A stretch of 64,000 bases of DNA. Source: Planctomycetota bacterium (GTDB lineage Bacteria > Planctomycetota > Uabimicrobiia > Uabimicrobiales > JABWCH01). How positions within the stretch are numbered: the first letter of the stretch is position 1; each line of letters starts with the position of its first letter. The notes under the pieces are model-generated. The model was not told the origin of the DNA and ran no database searches. It was given only the letters and a program-made list of their open reading frames with translations. Shown piece by piece: positions 29,170-38,551 of the stretch. The stretch covers positions 53,059-117,058 of the forward strand of contig JAGOMP010000001.1 in the NCBI GenBank assembly GCA_017993505.1, in the 5' to 3' direction. The position numbers and the translations under genes were made by a program.

Positions 29170-29349
29170 TTCAGTTAGAACATAAATCATATAATTAGCA
29201 TTCACTAATCCATTGCTTGTTATAAAATAAGCATTCACCATTTGATAAATCAAATGGGAAAATTTCACAAACTGCTTTTGTACAACGACAACCGTCAAAA
29301 TACATGTACCAATTTGTGAAGAAGTTCATTAGCAGTTAAGGATAATAAA

Positions 29350-29940
29350 ATGAAATGTTGGATAATACAAAAACTCATACCAATGTACATCGATGAACAC
29401 CATGATATCTTGCATAATGCCATGGAACATCATTGCAAACATTGTATCAAATGCCAGCAAATATACTCAAAATATAAAAATATACAAAATATACTACATT
29501 CATTCCAAACAAAAGAAGTGCCTCAACATGTTACCAACAATTATTGGAATGATTTAGCAATAAAAATCAACCAACTTCCCAAACCAGAACAACAAACTAT
29601 ACCATCCTATAGCTTATTTTGGCAACCAATATTAGGGTTTGCAATCATACTATTCGTATTCTTTATAGGATATTTAGTAGAAGCAAGAGTATCTCTAAAG
29701 ACAAATACACTACAACCTATTCAAACTATTAAACAAAATAATATCTCGAACAATTCTAAACCATATGTCCAAAAAAAGACATATAATCTTCATAGTATTC
29801 CAGTTGCTCATCATATACTAGATACAGAAAAAGATAATGATCACAATAATATTAGAAAATTTAATCAACGAATTATAGAAACAATAGATTGTCAATTAGA
29901 CCAAGTAGAATTAGTTCAAATAGAGCATGCTTCATTTTAA
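29350..29940 (+). CDS. ZAS-type (HxxxCxxC) transmembrane anti-sigma factor
   Basis: HHCKHCIKC near the N-terminus, a single TM (ILGFAIILFVFFIGYLV), and genomic coupling to the ECF sigma. Confidence 0.55.
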   Translation: MKCWIIQKLIPMYIDEHHDILHNAMEHHCKHCIKCQQIYSKYKNIQNILHSFQTKEVPQHVTNNYWNDLAIKINQLPKPEQQTIPSYSLFWQPILGFAIILFVFFIGYLVEARVSLKTNTLQPIQTIKQNNISNNSKPYVQKKTYNLHSIPVAHHILDTEKDNDHNNIRKFNQRIIETIDCQLDQVELVQIEHASF

Positions 29941-29950
29941 AGGAATTTTA

Positions 29951-31057
29951 ATGGTCGAAATAAAAAAAATAGTTATCCTATTCTTCTATTGTAGCATTGT
30001 TTCTGTTATTGAGTCACAATTTCTACAACAACTTGAGAATGATATTATAAATATTATTGCCAATATCCAACACAATGTTGTAAAACTAGAATTATTTTAT
30101 CCTCATACAAATACAAGAATTAGTTCTGGAATTATTTTAGATAACCAAGGTCATATTGTCACACTTGCCACTGCCGTAGAAAAAACAAATAAAATAAAAG
30201 TTCATTTACAATCAGATAAAACAACAGAAGCCGATATTATAGGTACGGATACTTGGACTAATGTAGCAGTTCTTAAAATGAAGGAACACATAGAACCTAT
30301 ACCAAAAGGAGATTCAGATAAGCTTCAAATTGGTTCTATTTTAATAGTCATAGGGAATCCATATGGATTAAATAAATCTGTTTCTTTAGGAATTGTGAGT
30401 GGATTGCATCGTTGCGTCTGGCTTAGAGGATCCTTAACACCTTTAATTGGTCTTATTCAAACTACAGCTCCCATTAATCCAGGAGATGATGGAGGACTTG
30501 TTGTAAATTCTCAAGGAGAATTTATCGGCATGTCATTTTCCACAATACAAAGAGAATTATTTGTAGGCACACAAAAAAAACTTTTTTTTAAAATGTATAA
30601 ACTTCTTAAGTCATATCAAGAACAAACAGATTTTGACCCACAACTTGCATTACAATTTGATACTCTTATTCAAGAAATGCAACCTGGTATAAACTCTTCC
30701 AATATAGTTTCTCAAGGCATTAATTTTATATTGCCTAGCAATCGCATTTACTGGGTATCTGAATCTATTATACGATATGGTACAGTGAACCGAGGATGGC
30801 TCGGAATTACAGTTGTAAATATGGAGCAACCTGGAGTTCTTGTTTCGAAAGTCAACCTCAACAGTCCTGCTTACAACATATTACAAGAAGGCGATCAAAT
30901 CATTACATTAAATGACACTTTGATTATGAATTCTGCACACATTTATGAAATAATATCCTACTGTTATGCAGACGTTCCCATTACCATTACCTATCAAAGA
31001 AACAATCAACTTCATAAAGTAACACTACGATTAGCATTACATCCTTCTAGAAATTAG
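29951..31057 (+). CDS. HtrA/DegP-like trypsin-fold protein with PDZ domain; catalytic Ser apparently replaced (GDDGG in place of GNSGG)
   Basis: Trypsin-like fold motifs (GHIVTLATAV, TDTWTNVAVLKM, IGNPYGLNKSVSLGIVSGL) and PDZ (GWLGITVVNMEQPGVLVSKV...GDQIITLND). Confidence 0.65.
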   Translation: MVEIKKIVILFFYCSIVSVIESQFLQQLENDIINIIANIQHNVVKLELFYPHTNTRISSGIILDNQGHIVTLATAVEKTNKIKVHLQSDKTTEADIIGTDTWTNVAVLKMKEHIEPIPKGDSDKLQIGSILIVIGNPYGLNKSVSLGIVSGLHRCVWLRGSLTPLIGLIQTTAPINPGDDGGLVVNSQGEFIGMSFSTIQRELFVGTQKKLFFKMYKLLKSYQEQTDFDPQLALQFDTLIQEMQPGINSSNIVSQGINFILPSNRIYWVSESIIRYGTVNRGWLGITVVNMEQPGVLVSKVNLNSPAYNILQEGDQIITLNDTLIMNSAHIYEIISYCYADVPITITYQRNNQLHKVTLRLALHPSRN

Positions 31058-31256
31058 TATTTTAGAATCTTTCCATTGGACGAACTCTCGTCCAATATTT
31101 TTAACAACTTACAAATATCGTTGCTAACTCGCAAATTTACAAACCTATGAATCATTAAAAAAATACAATGCATCATGCAAAAAAAAATAGAAAAAGCAAG
31201 TTGATTTTTTAAAAATGTGTGTTATATTCAAATATAAGAAATTTTAATTAACAAGG

Positions 31257-32696
31257 ATGTTGTATAAAAAAAGCATAAAAAATAAATATTTAAAGGTAAT
31301 TAAAATGTTTTTTGGACAACTTATGCTGTTGGAATGGATCGAATATTTTATCGTTTCCTTCATAATCTTATTTGTATTAATTGTAATTTGGTTTTATAAA
31401 CGTAGCAGTTTAGACAAAGCATTGATTCGTACAGGCTTTGGAAGCGTAAAAGTCTGTACAGAAGGTGGTATGATTGTTTTCCCTCTTTTACATAAACTCT
31501 ACCAAATTTCTTTAAAGCCATTTCCACTTTCTTTGGAAATCACTCCAGAACAAAATATCAGAACAATTGATCAGCAGAGAGTTGTTCTTGCCTTAAATAT
31601 GTTTTTAAAAATTTCTAATATTAAAAACAATTTAAAAAAAATTGCACCTTATATTCAAGATAGTCCTGATGAATGGGATTATTTAAAAAAAATGATTTCT
31701 TACAAATTAGAAGAATCTTTAAAATATTGCATAGCTATCAAACGCAGTGAGGATTTACTCACACAACAAAATATTCTATTGGCAGATATTAAAAATTTAT
31801 TTGCTAAGAAAATTTTTGATTTAGGTATTAGCATAGAAGAAATTTCATTTCTTTCCTTTAAAATATTACCTGAAAAATCTTTTTGGGATGAACCCATTGC
31901 ACTCATTCAATCAAAACTTGATTCTTTTATGGAAGAATGTAAAAAAAATTACTTTTTCTTGCATGACAGAATAGACAAGCAAGGTAAACATCATGATGAA
32001 CGATTTTACACTTTAAAAGCAGAATGTAAAGAGACGATGCAACAGCAATGCTATCATTCAGAACAACAAATAAAATCACTTCAAATAGAATATAAAAAAA
32101 TCATAGAACAACAATCTCTGGATATAGAAAAACAAATCAAAACATTACGTCAAGAATGTCAAGAAATGATTTCTAAACAGATAAAAGATACAGAAGAACA
32201 ACTTCAATTTTTTACTTTAGAATCTCAAACACATATCGAACAGCAATGTCAACAAATTCAAGAAGAAAATAAAATTCTATATAAACAAAATGCAAATTTC
32301 ATAGAAGAACACTATAAAACCATACAACAAAAATACCAAGCATTACAAGAAGAATGGAATATAGCAAATCAACAATCTACCCTACTACAAAAACAACTTC
32401 TTACACAGCAACAAGAATTTTCAATAGCATATCAAAATAAAATTGAAGAACATATCAAAAATATGCAAGGAAATTTAGAATCATATAAAACACATTTACA
32501 CAATCACGTTAAACAACTCAATGAAATTCAAATAGAAAAAATTGCAGGCATTGTTAAAGATATACAGAATCAAAATCAAGAATTAGTTCAAGAAGTAACA
32601 GCACAAATGCAATCTAGAAATAAAGCAACATATCCAGTGCCAGAAATTCATTTAAACGATATTTTAAAATTTACAGGTTTTCAAAAAAATCCGTAA
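31257..32696 (+). CDS. flotillin-like SPFH-domain membrane protein with a long Q/E/K-rich coiled coil
   Basis: N-terminal TM then LIRTGFGSVKVCTEGGMIVFPLLHKLYQISL (flotillin/YqiK-like), followed by about 280 aa of heptad-rich sequence. Start possibly at 31305. Confidence 0.55.
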   Translation: MLYKKSIKNKYLKVIKMFFGQLMLLEWIEYFIVSFIILFVLIVIWFYKRSSLDKALIRTGFGSVKVCTEGGMIVFPLLHKLYQISLKPFPLSLEITPEQNIRTIDQQRVVLALNMFLKISNIKNNLKKIAPYIQDSPDEWDYLKKMISYKLEESLKYCIAIKRSEDLLTQQNILLADIKNLFAKKIFDLGISIEEISFLSFKILPEKSFWDEPIALIQSKLDSFMEECKKNYFFLHDRIDKQGKHHDERFYTLKAECKETMQQQCYHSEQQIKSLQIEYKKIIEQQSLDIEKQIKTLRQECQEMISKQIKDTEEQLQFFTLESQTHIEQQCQQIQEENKILYKQNANFIEEHYKTIQQKYQALQEEWNIANQQSTLLQKQLLTQQQEFSIAYQNKIEEHIKNMQGNLESYKTHLHNHVKQLNEIQIEKIAGIVKDIQNQNQELVQEVTAQMQSRNKATYPVPEIHLNDILKFTGFQKNP

Positions 32697-32798
32697 AAAA
32701 AAGAAAATATAATAAAACATAATTGTATATTATATTATATTTGTATATTATATTTTTGAATGTATTAAAATATCATTAATTTTAAAAAGGAAGTATTT

Positions 32799-33365
32799 AT
32801 GTATAGAAAAAAAGGTTTTACAACTGGTGACGTTGCAGAATTGTGTCATGTAACAATTCCAACTGTCATTAAGTGGATTGAATCTGAAGAATTAGAAGGA
32901 TTTAAAATTCCTGGTTCAAAAAATAGAAGAATCACGCGAGAAAGTCTTCTTAAATTTATGAAAAAATATAAAATACCTACCAACGCTCTTGAAAAAACAA
33001 AATTCAAAGTTCTCATCGTAGATACAGAACCAGAGCATCTTGATGAAATTCTGGACAAAGAGAAATATGAGACTCGAATTGTTACACGTGGTTTTGAAGC
33101 TGGTCTTGCAAAAGAATTTAAACCAGATCTCGTTCTTCTCAATCTTGATTTACCAGATATTGATGGTCTTCAAGTATATCATTTCTTACGCAATATTGAT
33201 GAAATTAAAAATTGCTTTATTATTGGTCTCACAAAAGAAGAACCAGAAGAAAATCTTTTCAAGCAAGGTTTTGATGATCATATTAAAATTCCTTTCTCAG
33301 ATGAAAGTCTTCTTGAAAAAATCAGAAAACACCTTACAAAAACTAACCGTCGAAAGAAAAAATAA
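32799..33365 (+). CDS. response regulator with N-terminal excisionase-type HTH and C-terminal receiver domain
   Basis: GDVAELCHVTIPTVIKWIE (HTH_17/MerR-like). REC features: VLIVDTEPE, LNLDLPDIDG (phospho-Asp), GLTKEE and KIPF. Confidence 0.65.
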   Translation: MYRKKGFTTGDVAELCHVTIPTVIKWIESEELEGFKIPGSKNRRITRESLLKFMKKYKIPTNALEKTKFKVLIVDTEPEHLDEILDKEKYETRIVTRGFEAGLAKEFKPDLVLLNLDLPDIDGLQVYHFLRNIDEIKNCFIIGLTKEEPEENLFKQGFDDHIKIPFSDESLLEKIRKHLTKTNRRKKK

Positions 33366-33536
33366 TCTTTAGATAGTAATTTTTCAGGTTAGCATCAAAA
33401 ATTATTTTTGACGTATAGATATATTAAAAAAAGTGTTATAATAAAATAACACTTTTTTTTTATGCTAATCTTAAAAGCTTTCTTGAAAAATTTTTCTTGA
33501 AAACAAAAAAAAATATGATATATAAAATAGAGAATG

Positions 33537-33600
33537 ACTTGATAAAAATACCACTCCTCATAAAACTTAAAGAGTAACTTGATAGAAATACCACCCCACA
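33537..33600. promoter_or_regulatory. direct repeat acttgataRaaataccacYcc(t)ca x2 upstream of the PPi-PFK gene
   Basis: Copies at 33537-33560 and 33577-33600, 100 bp upstream of pfp. Confidence 0.3.
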
Positions 33601-33700
33601 AAATTTAAAAAAATAAATAGAATTCAAGCATATCATTAAAAAAAATTTTAATCATTTTGGGAAACCAACAACAATAAAAACAATAGGAAATAAAAAACAA

Positions 33701-34984
33701 ATGGAAGAAAAAAAAGGTAATATAGGAATATTAGTTGGTGGTGGTCCATCTCCAGCTATTAATGGAGTGATTTCTGCAGTAACAATTGCTGCAAAACGCG
33801 AAGGATTTACAGTATATGGTTTTTATGACGGTTTTAAATGGCTTGTCAAGGGAAACGAAGAAGAAGTTGCAAAACATGTAATAGAATTACAAATCGAAGA
33901 TGTTACTAGAATTCACTTTAAAGGCGGTTCTATTTTACGAACATCACGAACCAATCCTACTAGAGTTGAAGACGGTATCACAAATGCTGTAAAAAATTTA
34001 GACAGATACAATATCCAATATATGGTAACTATCGGTGGTGATGACACTGCTTATGGTGCAAGCCAGATCGCAGATGCTACGGAAGGTCGTATTAAATTTG
34101 CCCATGTGCCCAAAACTATTGACAATGATTTACCCTTGCCAGATATGATCCCTACTTTTGGCTACCAAACAGCTCGTGAATTAGGAGCTAAACTTGTTAA
34201 AAACTTAATGGAAGATGCCCAAACAACTGATCGATGGTATACAGCTGTTACCATGGGGCGTTCTGCTGGACACTTGGCACTTGGAATTGCCAAAGCAGCT
34301 GGGGCAACATTAGCCATTATTCCTGAAGAATTTGGGATTGAAAAAAACAATAAAATTTCTTTATGCCATGTTTGCGACATTTATGAAACAGCTATTATTA
34401 AACGAAGAGCCATGGGCTATAACTCAGGAGTTTTAGTCATTGCAGAAGGCATTGCAGAATTCTTAAAAAAAGAAGATTTACAAAAAATTATGAACAGTTC
34501 TTCCCAAGAATGCGATTTTGGTCATATTCAGCTTGCCGATGTTGAACTTGGAAAAATCATTAAACAAGAAGTAGAAAAACGATTTCACAAACGTGGCGAA
34601 AAATTTAGAATTATAACAATGGATATTGGTTATGTATTACGTTGTACAGATCCGAATCCTTTTGACCAAGAATATACTCGAGATCTTGGCTATTCAGCAT
34701 TTGAATATCTTATGAATGAAAAAGAAACAGAAAATGCTATGATTTGTGTCAATGATGGAGAATTACAACCTCTTTATTTCAAAGACATCATGGATCCAGA
34801 AACACACAAAACAAAAGTTCGTCGAGTAGATATTAAAGGCAGACTCTATAAAATTGCATGTAATTACATGATTCGTTTAGAAAAAAAAGATTTACAAAAC
34901 AAAGATTTAATAACAAAAATGGCTACCATAGCTAAAATGACACCTGAAGAATTCATAGATCGCTATGGATATATTGTTTCATAG
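33701..34984 (+). CDS. pfp: pyrophosphate-dependent 6-phosphofructokinase
   Basis: GGGPSPAINGV and IGGDDT (Asp instead of Gly) and PKTIDND (Lys instead of Gly) are the PPi-specificity residues of the PFK family. Confidence 0.8.
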   Translation: MEEKKGNIGILVGGGPSPAINGVISAVTIAAKREGFTVYGFYDGFKWLVKGNEEEVAKHVIELQIEDVTRIHFKGGSILRTSRTNPTRVEDGITNAVKNLDRYNIQYMVTIGGDDTAYGASQIADATEGRIKFAHVPKTIDNDLPLPDMIPTFGYQTARELGAKLVKNLMEDAQTTDRWYTAVTMGRSAGHLALGIAKAAGATLAIIPEEFGIEKNNKISLCHVCDIYETAIIKRRAMGYNSGVLVIAEGIAEFLKKEDLQKIMNSSSQECDFGHIQLADVELGKIIKQEVEKRFHKRGEKFRIITMDIGYVLRCTDPNPFDQEYTRDLGYSAFEYLMNEKETENAMICVNDGELQPLYFKDIMDPETHKTKVRRVDIKGRLYKIACNYMIRLEKKDLQNKDLITKMATIAKMTPEEFIDRYGYIVS

Positions 34985-35189
34985 CTCCATTTTATAAAAC
35001 AATCTACAATCTTATAAATAAAATTATTTTATTTTTTGTAGGTAATGAGTAATTGACAATGAATACATCATAGGTGTAAAACACTACAAAATTCATTGTT
35101 ATTGCAAAAATAATAAATCATTCCATAATGGTGTCCATGCCATTATGGAATGATTTATTATAACATAGCTATTTTCTTCTAAAAATAGC

Positions 35190-35297
35190 ATATTATTTAT
35201 AAATAATACATAATATTATCTAAAAATATAACATAATATTATCTAAAAGAAAAAATTTTTATATTATTTATAAATAATACATAATATTATCTAAAAG
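35190..35297. repeat. about 36-bp direct repeat (atattatttataaataatacataatattatctaaaa) x2 plus a partial third copy, immediately upstream of the GT2 gene
   Basis: Copies at 35190-35225 and 35261-35297; partial copy at 35231-35248. Confidence 0.8.
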
Positions 35298-35308
35298 AAA
35301 GAATTTTT

Positions 35309-36424
35309 ATGCCAAAAATTTCCATCATCATCCCAGTTTATAATGCTGAGCCATATTTATCAAAAAGTATTCATTCATGTATGGCACAAACATTCAAAGA
35401 TATTGAAATTATTTGTGTAAATGACGGTTCAAAAGATAATTCACAAAAAATTATAGAAGAATTTGCTTCTAAAGATAATAGAATTCATTTCATAGTACAA
35501 AAAAATAGTGGTGCCTTAATCGCAAGAAAAAAAGGGATTGAACAAGCTACCAGTGAGTATTGCATGTTTTTAGATGCTGACGATTATTATGAACTCAATG
35601 CCTGTGAAAAAGCATACGAAGCTATTACAAAACATAATGTAGATATTGTACAATTTTCATCTTATAGAAGAAATTTAGAGGATGAAATTATAAAAAAACC
35701 TTTTAAACAAGGGAATCTAAAAAAAATGACAGGCCAAGAGGCATTGTATTATTTTTTAATGGATTATCAAAAATATGGTTTATTTTTATGGGATAAAATT
35801 TATCGTACAGAACTTTGCCAAGAAACTTTGTCCAAAATTCAAGACATGTCTCTAATTCGTTCTAATGATGTCTATCATATATCCATTCTTTGTATGAATG
35901 CCCAATCATATATTGGAATTCCTGATATTTTATATAATCATATTCCATCTGTAGGCTTTACTAATAATTTTAATATTACAAAGTTTGCACAGGCCAATCA
36001 AAGTATAAAAACTGTCTTATCTCTATTGCAAGATCTCTTTAAACAACACAATGTGTCAGAAAAATTTCTAGAACCTTGTAAAAAATTAGAATTCTTAGAA
36101 ACGAACTATATGATAGATTGCTATACATTATTAGATCCTTCACATCGACAACAAGGGTTAAATATTTTAATAGATATATGGTTACCTAGAAACCTCATTC
36201 TCATTATGGGGTACAAATTATACGTTATAACTAGAAACTTTGAAACCATAAATAAACAATTCACAGACATCAGGGATAAATGGCGATACAAAATATTTTT
36301 TTTGATTCCTAATCGAATTTGCTTGTTTTTTACTTACTGGCGTCTATATGGCATCAAGATCACTCTCCAAAAAACAATTGCCTTTTTTCGCAAAAAAATT
36401 TCAAATATTAAAATTTCAAAATAA
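35309..36424 (+). CDS. family 2 glycosyltransferase
   Basis: ISIIIPVYNAEPYLSKSIHSCMAQTFKDIEIICVNDGS and a DADD motif. Confidence 0.8.
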   Translation: MPKISIIIPVYNAEPYLSKSIHSCMAQTFKDIEIICVNDGSKDNSQKIIEEFASKDNRIHFIVQKNSGALIARKKGIEQATSEYCMFLDADDYYELNACEKAYEAITKHNVDIVQFSSYRRNLEDEIIKKPFKQGNLKKMTGQEALYYFLMDYQKYGLFLWDKIYRTELCQETLSKIQDMSLIRSNDVYHISILCMNAQSYIGIPDILYNHIPSVGFTNNFNITKFAQANQSIKTVLSLLQDLFKQHNVSEKFLEPCKKLEFLETNYMIDCYTLLDPSHRQQGLNILIDIWLPRNLILIMGYKLYVITRNFETINKQFTDIRDKWRYKIFFLIPNRICLFFTYWRLYGIKITLQKTIAFFRKKISNIKISK

Positions 36425-36548
36425 AAAAGCCATACATCAAATATGGTTTTTTTTATTTTTCTAAAAAATCAACTAGCTTTTAAAAGAAAATCATTATATA
36501 ATTTTCTATACTCAATGAATTAAAATAATATAGATTATAGGAAAATTT

Positions 36549-38006
36549 ATGAAATCTAAACAAGAATGCACTACCTATAAAGCATTGTCTAAAATTATTG
36601 AAGAAAATACAAAAAATAAACAAAATAAATGGCACCTAAATCCTTCCGAACGAGCAGTTATTTTATTTATAGGAGATGTTTTATTTCTTTTACTATCCAT
36701 TCTCATTTCTGTTTTTTTATGGAAACTATATCATGAATGGACAATCAAAAACAACGATATCACGATTAGAATTGGCTTACAACAATTATGGCTATTATTC
36801 CCTTGGCTAATTATTTCTTTAATCATTGATACATATAGTTTTCGTAATATGCAAAATATGATGACTGCAATCATTCAGCCTGCGAAAACTGCATTATTAG
36901 TCAGTATATTTTATCTAATATTATACTTTTTTGCACCGATTGGCAGTATTCCTCGTCTCATGTTTTTATTTTTTGGTCTACTTTCTTGTTGTTTCTTAAT
37001 TTTTTGGCGTCTCTGTTACTTTTGTATTTTTTCACACAAAAAATTTCAAGAACATTTATTGTTAATTGGTCATAGTGCCTTATTTGATCAAGTTCTTCAA
37101 ATTATCCAAGAAAATAATCTATATTACAAAGTAATAGGAACCCTTCCTAATTGTAGCATGCATGGGAAGGTAATACCAGAATGTGAAAACTGTACAATAC
37201 TAGACAATATCTTAAACAATACTGAATCCATTGATAAAATTGTATTTTCTATTGATAATCCTATATCACAAGATTTTTTAAACTTTATTTTAACATTTTG
37301 TGAAAAAGGCATTCCTATTATTCCTATGCCTTTATTTTATGAACAAGTATTGCAAAGGACTCCTGTTCAAAATATGCAAGGTTGGTATTTAAATTATTTG
37401 CCATTAAATGAAATTCCAAGTGGATTTATTTACCATGCATTGAAAAGAATTCTAGATATAATATTTTCAATCATTGGTTTATTTTTATTCGGTCTTATTT
37501 TTCTTCCGCTTGCCCTCCTTGTTAAAATCTCGTCTCCTGGTCCCCTTTTCTTTTCTCAAATGCGTGTAGGAAAATATGGTCGTCCTTTTAGACTATGGAA
37601 ATTACGCACCATGTACATAAATTCAGATAAACATGATATGTGGACTTTAGATAATGATACAAGAATTACAAAATTAGGACGCATTTTACGAAAACTCCAT
37701 CTTGATGAATTACCACAATTATGGAATGTTTTAAAAGGTGACCTTTCCATAGTAGGAATCCGTCCTCTTTCAGTAGAACAATGCGATACATTTGATGATT
37801 TGATTCCTTTCCATAATGTTCGTCACGTTGCTAAACCAGGAATCACAGGATGGGCAATTGTAAATTATAAACATGTAAATGATTTAGAAGGTGCTAAAAT
37901 TCGTTTAGAATATGATATCTACTACATAAAATATCGTTCATTTTTATTAGATTGTTGGATTATTCTTCGAACAATTTGGATTATTATTACATTAAAAGGA
38001 TTATAA
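36549..38006 (+). CDS. polyprenyl-phosphate sugar phosphotransferase (EPS/O-antigen priming enzyme, WbaP/EpsL-like)
   Basis: N-terminal TM helices. The C-terminal bacterial sugar-transferase domain has KRILDIIFSIIGL..., SPGPLFFSQMRVGKYGRPFRLWKLRTM and PGITGWA. Confidence 0.8.
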   Translation: MKSKQECTTYKALSKIIEENTKNKQNKWHLNPSERAVILFIGDVLFLLLSILISVFLWKLYHEWTIKNNDITIRIGLQQLWLLFPWLIISLIIDTYSFRNMQNMMTAIIQPAKTALLVSIFYLILYFFAPIGSIPRLMFLFFGLLSCCFLIFWRLCYFCIFSHKKFQEHLLLIGHSALFDQVLQIIQENNLYYKVIGTLPNCSMHGKVIPECENCTILDNILNNTESIDKIVFSIDNPISQDFLNFILTFCEKGIPIIPMPLFYEQVLQRTPVQNMQGWYLNYLPLNEIPSGFIYHALKRILDIIFSIIGLFLFGLIFLPLALLVKISSPGPLFFSQMRVGKYGRPFRLWKLRTMYINSDKHDMWTLDNDTRITKLGRILRKLHLDELPQLWNVLKGDLSIVGIRPLSVEQCDTFDDLIPFHNVRHVAKPGITGWAIVNYKHVNDLEGAKIRLEYDIYYIKYRSFLLDCWIILRTIWIIITLKGL

Positions 38007-38029
38007 AATTATTATAAAAAGGAAAGACC

Positions 38030-38146
38030 ATGAAATATATTATTATTTTCATGCTTGTTTGCATTTGTACTTTAACATCTTGTTGTAATTGTTTTGGTAG
38101 TAATTCAGAAGAAGCAAAAAAACAAACTATCGAGCAACAAGAATAG
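38030..38146 (+). CDS. small putative lipoprotein (38 aa)
   Basis: MKYIIIFMLVCICTLTSC has a lipobox. RBS is GGAAAG. Not in the ORF track (<60 aa). Confidence 0.35.
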   Translation: MKYIIIFMLVCICTLTSCCNCFGSNSEEAKKQTIEQQE

Positions 38147-38297
38147 TTGTTGTTATTGAAAACATAATAGACTATTATTTTTGCTAAATAGATATATAAT
38201 CTCTCGATCGTTTTTCTTATTGCACACTTTTTAAAAGTTGTTATAATATTCGCACTATTAAAATTATTTGATAATTCGCAATGCAAGGAGTTGTATT

Positions 38298-38441
38298 ATG
38301 AGAAATTTTATAAAAATCGCTTTAATAACTATAGTATTAGTTGTCATGGTTGGATGTAGAAGTCAAGTGGTATATGATGAGTATAATGATTCTTTTCGTT
38401 ATAAACCAGAAAGTGAATGGGATTATATCAACGACTTATAA
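38298..38441 (+). CDS. small putative lipoprotein (47 aa)
   Basis: MRNFIKIALITIVLVVMVGC has a lipobox. A strong AAGGAG RBS lies 8 nt upstream. Confidence 0.45.
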   Translation: MRNFIKIALITIVLVVMVGCRSQVVYDEYNDSFRYKPESEWDYINDL

Positions 38442-38551
38442 AATATTTTCTATCAAAGAAAGTTGTTTCTATATATACGACTTTCTGATCTCTTTTTTTC
38501 AATCCCAGCCTTTCTTACTTTACATTATATTTAAGAAAGCTTTATTTTTAT

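Noticed and set aside
32846-33372. ORFs 32846..33142 (minus) and 33040..33372 (plus) overlapping the HTH-REC regulator
   Set aside because: The plus-frame 32799..33365 ORF has clear HTH and receiver motifs. The overlapping ORFs have none.
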